From an uncultured virus (IMG/VR IMGVR_UViG_3300032216_000918) (lineage: Duplodnaviria; Heunggongvirae; Uroviricota; Caudoviricetes), in IMG/VR virus record IMGVR_UViG_3300032216_000918: 64,000 nucleotides of DNA, one strand, 5' to 3'. Below, in pieces: positions 8,451 through 15,794 of this stretch (position 1 is the stretch's first letter; each line of letters opens with the position of its first letter). The position numbers were made by a program, and so were the translations under genes. The notes under the pieces were generated by a model. The model saw only the letters and a program-made list of their open reading frames with translations. It did no database searches and had not been told where the DNA came from.

Positions 8451-9611
8451 TTAGTTAATTGCTGTTCTAACAGGCTTGGTACTCTCAAGCCAAGGGAAAG
8501 ACTGACGAGCGGTAACAAAGTCAGTAACAACACGCTCGAACCAACTGCTGTCAATCATCTCATCGAGTGCCATGTAACTGATCTCCATGAAGTTGTCGAT
8601 ACCGAACTCCTCAACGAACTCGTAAGCGGCGGTGCGACTGATGTGCTTGATCTCGAACTGTGCCTCAATCTCCATAAGCAAGTCCTCCATCACATCGTCC
8701 ATCTCTTTCTCCGACACACCATAGACCTCGGTGCGTGGCACACCATCTTCACCCATAACTGTGTACTCGCCATCAATGAAGTCACCATCTTCATCTTCAA
8801 AGCCACCAACAGGCGGGACATACACAGGGCGATCATATTGTGGTCGTGTTGCAGTTGCGGTTGAAGCTTTGCTATACCCACGCCAGTAGTCTTCATCATC
8901 ATAGCTATCGTAGCCAGTCATATAAGTTGATGACCAACTCTTGTAGTTTGATTTAGGATAGACTGGTTTGTATGGGGTGGACTCGATCTCGTCTAGTGCA
9001 GTATCGTAGTCATCAATGAAGTCCTTAGATACCTTGGTTGGGCTAGACCATGCGTATGTATTTGATAACCAACGACCGCCCCAATACACACCTGAGCTTT
9101 GGTTGACAGTCTGTATACGACCCGTGCTATCCATGAGCACGAACTTGTTTGACCCACCGATATGATCACCCACAATCTCAGCGAACGCATCGGTAAACGC
9201 AAAGTCAATGTTGTTAGCAAGCATAGGGCGTAGATAGTCACGGATATAGTGCCATGTATCTGACTTGGTTAGGTCACCCGCATTACCTGTGGATAGCACG
9301 CCGTTGTGCATGAGCCATACATCTAGACCATGCTCGGACTTGTTAAACACTTCGTATGGGTGGCAGTTCTCCATGTCGATATTGCCGTGGGTTTTCATAC
9401 GCAGATGGAACGCACAATCGTAACCATCAATGTGGTTGTTGTAGAACTCGACAAATTCCTGTGCATTGGCAGGAAGAATCTTCTCGATAAGAAGTTCGCC
9501 ATCTACACTACGCATGATACCAACGCCATCGGAGTTGGTTGCATAAAAATCCTCAAGCCATTCTTGCGTGAGGGTCGGGGCTGTTGCTGACTGAACAATT
9601 AATAAACACAT
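8451..9611 (-). CDS. Class II (Ntn) glutamine amidotransferase with acidic C-terminal extension
   Basis: N-terminal MC nucleophile; N.DG.G, HLRMKTHG, NCHPY, MHNG and SDT motifs. Confidence 0.9.
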   Translation of the reverse strand: MCLLIVQSATAPTLTQEWLEDFYATNSDGVGIMRSVDGELLIEKILPANAQEFVEFYNNHIDGYDCAFHLRMKTHGNIDMENCHPYEVFNKSEHGLDVWLMHNGVLSTGNAGDLTKSDTWHYIRDYLRPMLANNIDFAFTDAFAEIVGDHIGGSNKFVLMDSTGRIQTVNQSSGVYWGGRWLSNTYAWSSPTKVSKDFIDDYDTALDEIESTPYKPVYPKSNYKSWSSTYMTGYDSYDDEDYWRGYSKASTATATRPQYDRPVYVPPVGGFEDEDGDFIDGEYTVMGEDGVPRTEVYGVSEKEMDDVMEDLLMEIEAQFEIKHISRTAAYEFVEEFGIDNFMEISYMALDEMIDSSWFERVVTDFVTARQSFPWLESTKPVRTAIN

Positions 9612-9660
9612 AATTTACTTCCTTTCATTTGATTGGTTTGTTGGATAGGTTTCTATCCGC

Positions 9661-11145
9661 TTATACTTCAACTGATACTGCCTGTTTGTCCATGCGTGGG
9701 TTGGGCTTGACGACTGCCTGTTTATCTAGGCTGAATCCCTTAGACCGCAAGAATGATCGTAGATAGATAGTGTCCTTGCGATTGTCAGGCTGGCTAATAA
9801 ACTTGAGGAAGTTATCAGAGGTTAAGTCTTGTTGCCCTGTGTCACGAGTAAAGAACCATGACGCATATGTAAACTCCAAGCAAGCCATGATGGTCTCATA
9901 GCGTAGCGTACCCTTGAACAGTCTGAACTCTACTGTGCGTTCGGGTTGGAAGTTGACTGACTCGTAGCGATCCTCGTTGAGCCTACGCATACCATCGGAC
10001 TTAGCGTGCTTGAGCCATGAGTAGTCAGCGGTCTTGTTCTTGACTTGGCTGTATCTGCTTGAGTCACGGCGGGCAATAGCCCTGAACAGGCGTTGGTTTC
10101 TACTATCGTGCATAAACAAGATTAGCTTAGCGGCATGGAACATACTCATACCCTTCTTGCAGATATGCACATGAAGACCACAAGTCTTGGTATCGTGCGA
10201 CTTCATACCCTCGAATGGTTTCTTAAAGAACGCTAGTTGCTTAGCGTGTACATCAAGACCCGTATAGCCTGTGACCATCTCGAAGCCGTGGTTGAGCGAG
10301 CCGTCTTCCTCAAGTAAAGCATAGGTATGAACCTTGCCTGTTGACTCGTCAGTATAGTTACCGATCTCTTCCACTAACTGCTCGGCTTTCTCAGAGCGTG
10401 GGGTATCACCGACAGACTCCATCTCCAACTCTAGCCCCATGAAGACAGGGGTTTTGCGTTGTGAATACTTAGTCGGTATGAGTCCGAGCTTGGACTTGCT
10501 ACTGTGATAACCGCCGATCGGACCACGATCGTCATCATGGTCGTCATCATCATCATCGTCATGGTCAGGCTCTTCGTCATCTTCATGCACCACGCAATCA
10601 TGGTAGTCAGACCAACGATAGTTATTGTCCCGACAATCTGAACAAATCCAGCGATCGCCGTTATACACCCACGAGCCATCATGCTCAGGCTCAATATAGT
10701 CGCAGTCAGAACAGTAGTCATACTCAGGTGCATCGGGGAATTTGTCTGAGTCGTTAAGGAAATCGCACCACTCACTAGCCCCTCGTCTATCCCTGATCTC
10801 GCTATTGTCGTTGAGTAATTGGACTAGAGTGTTATGATCTTGGGTCTTGAAACACTCGGCTATACCCTTGCCGATCTCGTAGTAGTTGCGTCTGTAATTC
10901 ATGAGTAAAATATAGTGATCGGTAGTAGAACCGCTCAAGTGCCTCCGATACGACTGGGTAGCCGTAAGGTTGCGTTTGAGTTGGCTACGACCTACCCCCA
11001 TATACTCCGCAACAGTCCACAACTCGGGGCGACGCATATGCTCCAATTTGTAGCGGAAGAACTCACGGGTTAAGACTGCTGTTGCGTCGCGATACTTAAT
11101 TTCCATCGCCGCAATTTCTGATACTGTGTATGTTTGTGATGGCAT
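9661..11145 (-). CDS. Putative amidoligase (COOH-NH2 ligase, glutamine synthetase-like fold)
   Basis: GLELEME, EEDGSL..GFEMVT, TCGLHVH, RYESVN and TVEFRLFKGT; N-terminal CxxC..CxxC and poly-Asp linker. Confidence 0.85.
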   Translation of the reverse strand: MPSQTYTVSEIAAMEIKYRDATAVLTREFFRYKLEHMRRPELWTVAEYMGVGRSQLKRNLTATQSYRRHLSGSTTDHYILLMNYRRNYYEIGKGIAECFKTQDHNTLVQLLNDNSEIRDRRGASEWCDFLNDSDKFPDAPEYDYCSDCDYIEPEHDGSWVYNGDRWICSDCRDNNYRWSDYHDCVVHEDDEEPDHDDDDDDDHDDDRGPIGGYHSSKSKLGLIPTKYSQRKTPVFMGLELEMESVGDTPRSEKAEQLVEEIGNYTDESTGKVHTYALLEEDGSLNHGFEMVTGYTGLDVHAKQLAFFKKPFEGMKSHDTKTCGLHVHICKKGMSMFHAAKLILFMHDSRNQRLFRAIARRDSSRYSQVKNKTADYSWLKHAKSDGMRRLNEDRYESVNFQPERTVEFRLFKGTLRYETIMACLEFTYASWFFTRDTGQQDLTSDNFLKFISQPDNRKDTIYLRSFLRSKGFSLDKQAVVKPNPRMDKQAVSVEV

Positions 11146-11201
11146 ACTATAAACTCCTTCTGTTTATGTTGATGGTTTGATGGGATAGAAACCTATCCCG
11201 T

Positions 11202-11309
11202 TTATTTAAACAACAGCCCTACTAAATACCTAGTTACTTGACCTACGATAAAAATACTGCAAAACAATAAAGCTAACCTACTAAATAAATCAAAGTTAAA
11301 GTAACGCAT
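11202..11309 (-). CDS. 35-aa hydrophobic peptide (not in ORF track)
   Basis: MRYFNFDLFSRLALLFLQYFIVGQVTRYLVGLLFK*; preceded by AGGAGGTTGT. Confidence 0.55.
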   Translation of the reverse strand: MRYFNFDLFSRLALLFCSIFIVGQVTRYLVGLLFK

Positions 11310-11317
11310 ACAACCTC

Positions 11318-11500
11318 CTATTTAAGTTTTGTTTCCCAAACTCGGTTCTTTAATTCCTCACGCATTAGCCTACGCACTAACTGACTAGCGTTAATGTCTA
11401 GGCTTTCGCAATAAGAATCCCATGCTTGTTTAAGTTCTAAGTCCATACAAAAAGAAACATGGGGTGTGGCTGGTTTAGTGGGTTTAGTTTTTGCTTTCAT
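11318..11500 (-). CDS. Ribbon-helix-helix (CopG/Arc-like) DNA-binding protein
   Basis: HVSFCMD strand, then ELKQAWDSYC helix, then NASQLVRRLM helix. Confidence 0.7.
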   Translation of the reverse strand: MKAKTKPTKPATPHVSFCMDLELKQAWDSYCESLDINASQLVRRLMREELKNRVWETKLK

Positions 11501-11514
11501 ACAACCTCCTTTAG

Positions 11515-12054
11515 TTAATCGTCTTCGTCATCTAGCACGAGCCGATACTTCATGATGTCCCCACCGCTTTCACCTGACACCATCCAGTCCCAAGACCTAG
11601 CCCTGCGTGTATCTTCTTGCGGGATAGGGTAGTCTCGTAGCCATATCTTTACTATGGGGTTTGTTTCCGCTAGTGCTAACGGCACACCGCCGAGGCTAGT
11701 TTCTAACTCCTCGCCCCTATCAAACTTAATCCCCCACTCAACCCATGGGTTTTCTAGCTTGATAATGCGATACCCCACAATCGCATCCTCACAATGCGGG
11801 TTATCACCCCACCATAGACGCCCACCTTTAGCCTTACCTTGCAGACCGCTACGCAGTATGAATCTAATAGTGGTGTCTAACTCTACCCCCGCAGGTCGCA
11901 AGTCTTCTTTAGTTACTGCTTGATCTCGATCAAGGGGGTGTAGCTTTTTATAGGCGTTGGGGATTTTGATTTCAGGTGGGGGTGGTGCTGGTCTAGATGC
12001 AATTTCTCCCCGCAACTGCTCAATCATTTGTTCCACAGTTAAATCGTTAGGCAT
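11515..12054 (-). CDS. Hypothetical protein with two tandem copies of a small phage domain
   Basis: P...LR...W...AIVGYR and P...LR...W...DIMKYR repeats. Confidence 0.6.
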   Translation of the reverse strand: MPNDLTVEQMIEQLRGEIASRPAPPPPEIKIPNAYKKLHPLDRDQAVTKEDLRPAGVELDTTIRFILRSGLQGKAKGGRLWWGDNPHCEDAIVGYRIIKLENPWVEWGIKFDRGEELETSLGGVPLALAETNPIVKIWLRDYPIPQEDTRRARSWDWMVSGESGGDIMKYRLVLDDEDD

Positions 12055-12388
12055 TTGCTACCTCCTTTCTCATCTTCTCTCGTTCAACAAACCTCTCAAA
12101 CGGGAACTCTTTCATACCCGCTATCAAAGCATCTATATACCCGAAGTCATAACTAACCACGCTTTCACACAGGCTTTCTAACTCCCACAAGTATTTCAAC
12201 TCAGGGGCAAACTCTGTGTATTCAGTATCTGGAAATGTGATTTCTTCAAACTTAGTCAAGCGAACCCATTGCCTATCGCTTTCATACATAACCTTACTGT
12301 ATTCAAACTTAACTTCCTTATTGCCTATTTGAATCGTGGCTTTTGGTGCGTTGGCTAACCAATCTATTACTGCCTGTTCGTATGTCAT
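12047..12388 (-). CDS. Hypothetical protein (likely start MTYEQ)
   Basis: SD AAGGA upstream of 12388. Confidence 0.55.
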   Translation of the reverse strand: MTYEQAVIDWLANAPKATIQIGNKEVKFEYSKVMYESDRQWVRLTKFEEITFPDTEYTEFAPELKYLWELESLCESVVSYDFGYIDALIAGMKEFPFERFVEREKMRKEVANA

Positions 12389-12401
12389 ACGCTTTCCTTT
12401 G

Positions 12402-12623
12402 TTAGTTGGTTGCATTTAGAACTTCGTTGAACTCGACTGTTAGGTCGTGCTTTTCTTCGGAAGTCAGACCTTTCAAGGCTGGGCTTAAATCAAACTCCCA
12501 CCCACCAGCCCACTTACTATCTGAGTGGTAGGTATGCGTTGCCTTAATAGGTGTGCCTTCTACATCTACTACATACTCTTGACATACTTTTTTGTATACC
12601 AATGTAGGGTTCTTTATACGCAT
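12402..12623 (-). CDS. Hypothetical protein
   Basis: SD AAGGA; operon tiling. Confidence 0.55.
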   Translation of the reverse strand: MRIKNPTLVYKKVCQEYVVDVEGTPIKATHTYHSDSKWAGGWEFDLSPALKGLTSEEKHDLTVEFNEVLNATN

Positions 12624-12659
12624 GGTTTTTCCTTTCGTTTGTTAGTGGTTACTATGGGT

Positions 12660-13262
12660 TTACTTGGATAGGTTTCTATCCCTGTCGTATTTGTTTAGTT
12701 CATTGGTTCTCCTTTGTTGTGAATTTTTATACTGCGTTTCCAAAACCGCCAAGTGGTCTAGGCGTTGTTGTATTAGTTCCTGTCTTTCTTGTTCATTACT
12801 CCACTTGGTTTGTCTTGTGGGTGTGATTAGCGGATAGGTTTCTATCCTGTGCTTGAGGGTTCGGTATGCGTTGCCTGCCCGTCTTACTTCTTTATCTAGG
12901 CTTGCCTTGAGTGCATCTCGTTCCTTGTTTTTTTCTTTTTGCCAGCGTTCCCGCATGATGCGTTTACGGGATAGGTTTATATCCCTTCTTTTTTGTTCGA
13001 TTAGCAGTTCCCCTAAGTAGGGGTTTATGCGTTTGTTTGTGATCTTGTTGCGTAGTTCCTTGAGGGTGAGCTTTGATCGTGGTTTGCGTTTTGGTTGACA
13101 CGATTTGCATAAAGAGCTGATGACCGTAGTTCCTGTTTCTACTCGCCTGTTTAGGGCTTTACTGTATTGTTCGGCAGTTAGCCTACGCTTGAACTCGGTT
13201 CTCTCCTTCACTTCGTTACACTTCTTGCATTTTATAAAGTCGGGCTTGGTTAGTTTTTTCAT
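12660..13262 (-). CDS. Basic protein with N-terminal CxxC...CxxC zinc ribbon
   Basis: CKKC...CKSC; Lys/Arg-rich; contains 3 dyad copies. Confidence 0.6.
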   Translation of the reverse strand: MKKLTKPDFIKCKKCNEVKERTEFKRRLTAEQYSKALNRRVETGTTVISSLCKSCQPKRKPRSKLTLKELRNKITNKRINPYLGELLIEQKRRDINLSRKRIMRERWQKEKNKERDALKASLDKEVRRAGNAYRTLKHRIETYPLITPTRQTKWSNEQERQELIQQRLDHLAVLETQYKNSQQRRTNELNKYDRDRNLSK

Positions 13263-13310
13263 ACAAGTTCCTTCGGTTCGGATAGGTTTCTATCCCGTTT
13301 AGCCAAAAAA

Positions 13311-13601
13311 GTAGACAAATGTCCACCTTGTAACACATAGTTGTCCACAGTAGTTGTCCTATGTTTGAGCCTTATACTACTACGCTTTTTACCCATGCTA
13401 ACACAGCTGTCTACGCAATTCCAGCAATTTAAAGACTAAGAAAGTAAGACAGAAAGAAACAGTCCCACTTATTTACCCTTATATATATATATTTAGAATT
13501 TAGTATTTATATATATAGGTGTGCTGGGAATGTGGTAGACGCACATAGGATAAAGGGTTGCGGGCGTCAAGGTAGTGTCCACTACGGATTTAAACTAGAC
13601 A
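13311..13601. other. Putative replication origin-like non-coding region
   Basis: ORF-free; TA-repeat core (about 13480-13517), imperfect inverted arms and repeated TGTCYAC/GTAGAC units. Confidence 0.4.
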
Positions 13602-13671
13602 ATTACCAAGTGCTTATTTTTTAAGCACACTAGCAGAAACGGGATAGAAACCTATCCCAAACCCCTTCCAA

Positions 13672-13938
13672 TTACAGCCAAACGAATCCACAACGGGCTA
13701 ACTGATCTGAGGTAATGCTGACCCAGCCTGAGTCTTTCCCATCTCTCCTGAGTAGGCTACGGCGTTTCCTATCGGTTCGTGCAAGTGAGGTGTATGGGTG
13801 CTTGATTACTTCGCCTATCTCATTACCTTTCTTGCGGACTATGAGCCATACATTACTACGCCCTATGATGGGGTGTTCTGCGTTTTCAAGCATGAGTTGC
13901 TTTAATACAGCATTGGGTTTGAGGGTGATTGATTTCAT
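13672..13938 (-). CDS. Hypothetical protein
   Basis: Operon tiling. Confidence 0.55.
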   Translation of the reverse strand: MKSITLKPNAVLKQLMLENAEHPIIGRSNVWLIVRKKGNEIGEVIKHPYTSLARTDRKRRSLLRRDGKDSGWVSITSDQLARCGFVWL

Positions 13939-14090
13939 GATGTTGCCTTTCTTTTGTTGGTTGATACTAGGTTTAGATACTGCTCTACTTCGGGGGTGCT
14001 TAACTGCAACTGCCTTGCTATCGCCATGATGGTGTAGCCCTGTGCATATAAAGCCTCACAGTCAAAGGCTAGGTCTTTCATCGCACTCAT
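13935..14090 (-). CDS. 51-aa helix-turn-helix protein (not in ORF track)
   Basis: LYAQGYTIMAIARQLQLSTPEVEQYL HTH pattern; ATGA overlaps at both ends. Confidence 0.6.
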   Translation of the reverse strand: MSAMKDLAFDCEALYAQGYTIMAIARQLQLSTPEVEQYLNLVSTNKRKATS

Positions 14091-14257
14091 AGCATACCGC
14101 CTGCTAGATAACAGCCTAGCTTAGCCATGAGTGGGGTTATGACTTCGGGGTTTGCGTCTTCGTCATTACGCAATGCCAGCACTATGTAGGCTATTTCTTG
14201 GTCGGTTAGATCTACCTGTGCGAACACAGGGGTTGTGGGTTTAATCGGCTTTTTCAT
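14087..14257 (-). CDS. Hypothetical 56-aa protein (not in ORF track)
   Basis: MKKPIKPTTPVFAQVDLTDQEIAYIVLALR...; ATGA overlaps. Confidence 0.55.
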   Translation of the reverse strand: MKKPIKPTTPVFAQVDLTDQEIAYIVLALRNDEDANPEVITPLMAKLGCYLAGGML

Positions 14258-14424
14258 TCGAATTTCCCTTTCTTGTAGTCGTTGAGGTTAAACGACATAA
14301 AGACTTCGCCCATTGTTATGGGCTTGTGGCGGTCAGGCTTAGCCTTGGTGTCGGATAGAATCCTATCCCGTTGTTCTCTAGCCATTTGACGCATGGCTAG
14401 TTGTTGGGCTTTGCTTAGATGCAT
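14254..14424 (-). CDS. Hypothetical protein (likely start MHLSK)
   Basis: SD AAGGAG upstream of 14424. Confidence 0.55.
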   Translation of the reverse strand: MHLSKAQQLAMRQMAREQRDRILSDTKAKPDRHKPITMGEVFMSFNLNDYKKGKFE

Positions 14425-14435
14425 GGTAGTTCTCC

Positions 14436-14579
14436 TTATGGTCGTGATGAAATCATTTTGAACTGCGTGTTGAGTTTGTCCCATACTTCGCCAGCTTCTT
14501 CTAGACCATGCACATCAGTCTTGAAAATGAAAGCGGTTGATGGGTTTGAATCAGGCATTACAAAGTAAATGGTAAACAT
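14436..14579 (-). CDS. Hypothetical 47-aa protein (not in ORF track)
   Basis: MFTIYFVMPDSNP...SSRP*; SD AAGGAG. Confidence 0.55.
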   Translation of the reverse strand: MFTIYFVMPDSNPSTAFIFKTDVHGLEEAGEVWDKLNTQFKMISSRP

Positions 14580-14649
14580 AACAACTCCTTAGTTTGTGGA
14601 TAGAAACCTATCCGATTTGACATAAAACTAAACAGCGAGAAAGCCTCGT

Positions 14650-15078
14650 TCACTTAACGATACGGAAGAACTTAGCTTGCTCTGCTTTACTCAACTGCTC
14701 AAACAACTCAACAACCTTATCGACTGTGACCTTGACTTGCTTGGATACCCCTGACTTCTCGGCTCTCACAATGTGATACCCAAACTGAGAGTTGGCTCTC
14801 ATGTATGCCTTCTGATGCTCAGGCTTTCTCTCGGTTCTCGGTTGGGATAGGATTCTATCCGCTTCCTTGCTAGTGATACTCAAGAACCCCATGAGGTAGT
14901 TCACTCTCCACTCTTGAGCCCATTCCTTCTGGGCTTCCTTATCTTCCTTGATGTATTGCTTGTGCCATACCTCTGACTCCTCAAGTGTGATACGGGCTTG
15001 CTGTCCTAGACCTAAAGCGAATTGGTCATAGGTGATGTCAGAACCAACTGAGGTTGTTAAGTAAATTGCTTTCTTCAT
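14650..15078 (-). CDS. First early-arm gene, hypothetical (likely start MKKAIY)
   Basis: SD AGGAG upstream of 15078. Confidence 0.6.
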   Translation of the reverse strand: MKKAIYLTTSVGSDITYDQFALGLGQQARITLEESEVWHKQYIKEDKEAQKEWAQEWRVNYLMGFLSITSKEADRILSQPRTERKPEHQKAYMRANSQFGYHIVRAEKSGVSKQVKVTVDKVVELFEQLSKAEQAKFFRIVK

Positions 15079-15093
15079 TTGATAACTCCTAAT

Positions 15094-15118
15094 AAAAAGC
15101 CCAGCTAATCGGCTGGGC
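15094..15118 (-). terminator. Intrinsic terminator-like hairpin in the leader of the first early gene
   Basis: Minus strand GCCCAGC-CGATTA-GCTGGGC-TTTTT. Confidence 0.5.
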
Positions 15119-15418
15119 AACGAATGGATAGCAATCTATCCATGTAAACAGTATAGCTTTAGGGTCTATTCCCCCCTTCGTCATGGCTATATGGCGACCC
15201 CACTAGGGGGGTATGAGGCTGTTTTGGGTGGCATGGCACGAGCACACTAGATCATTGTTCCTTAACCGCACAGCTAAAAAATGTCAAATTATGTAAAGTT
15301 TTGCCTGATTATTGTAAAGTTGTAAAATTTTCTATAAAAATCAAGGGGTTACGTGTCAAATCTTTTACTTTTTACGCTAGCCGGCTAGCAAAAACTTTAT
15401 AAAAAATCGACATATTAA

Positions 15419-15450
15419 ATGTTGCACTGCACCATAATGTTTCGTATACT
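15419..15450 (+). promoter_or_regulatory. Sigma70 promoter TTGCAC-17-TATACT overlapped by a PhaR-box-like dyad ATGTTGCACTGCACCAT
   Basis: -35 at 15422-27, -10 at 15445-50; dyad at 15419-35. Confidence 0.6.
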
Positions 15451-15502
15451 ACACAAAATCCCAGAAACGTACAGTATGGGAAACAACCTAAAGGAAAACA
15501 CC

Positions 15503-15619
15503 ATGTTTGATTTTGTTAAAGTAACCAAGCAGTACGAAGAGTTGGCAGAGCGCATTAAAGAAGTAAACGAGTTCTGGATTAATTCCGTTATCTCCAGCCT
15601 CAAGCAGTTCGTTAAGTAA
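15503..15619 (+). CDS. 38-aa amphipathic helical peptide (phasin-like)
   Basis: MFDFVKVTKQYEELAERIKEVNEFWINSVISSLKQFVK; SD AAGGA. Confidence 0.65.
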   Translation: MFDFVKVTKQYEELAERIKEVNEFWINSVISSLKQFVK

Positions 15620-15650
15620 AAAAAACCCCCGGGCGTTTTAAGTCCGGGGG
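15618..15650 (-). terminator. Intrinsic terminator (minus strand)
   Basis: CCCCCGG-11 nt-CCGGGGG followed by T8 on the minus strand only. Confidence 0.75.
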
Positions 15651-15713
15651 CTAAACCATCAACAACAAAGGAGATTTGCGCAAGGCCCAAACGAAGGAGG
15701 AAAAGCCGTACGC
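15618..15713 (-). ncRNA. Predicted ~95-nt sRNA with two anti-Shine-Dalgarno seeds
   Basis: Extended -10 TGgTATGAT (15720-28); 5' hairpin with loop UUCCUCCUUCGUUU; linker AUCUCCUUUGUUGUUGAUGGUUU; terminator plus U8. Confidence 0.55.
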
Positions 15714-15794
15714 AAAAGAATCATACCACAAAAATAAAACTGTTGTATACTTCCAACATTCGCTCACCCCAGCGCAACCAAGGAGGTAGTTAAT

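Larger units (their letters stand above)
9643..15141. repeat. Dispersed 16-bp dyad GGATAG-N4-CTATCC, 11 copies
   Basis: Copies start at 9643, 11183, 12666, 12832, 12969 (1 mismatch), 13280, 13642, 14353, 14598, 14845 and 15126. Confidence 0.92.

Noticed and set aside
9643..15141. GGATAG dyads as a CRISPR array
   Set aside because: Only 16 bp, irregular spacing of 137-1540 nt, located inside ORFs, and no cas operon
15415..15690. 91-aa minus-strand ORF from the track
   Set aside because: Runs through a terminator and antisense to a gene with a clear promoter and SD; no SD of its own
15676..15789. Plus-strand TTG-start ORF explaining the AAGGAG elements at 15668 and 15694
   Set aside because: SD-to-start spacing is only 2 nt; terminator polarity and G-U pairs favour a minus-strand RNA
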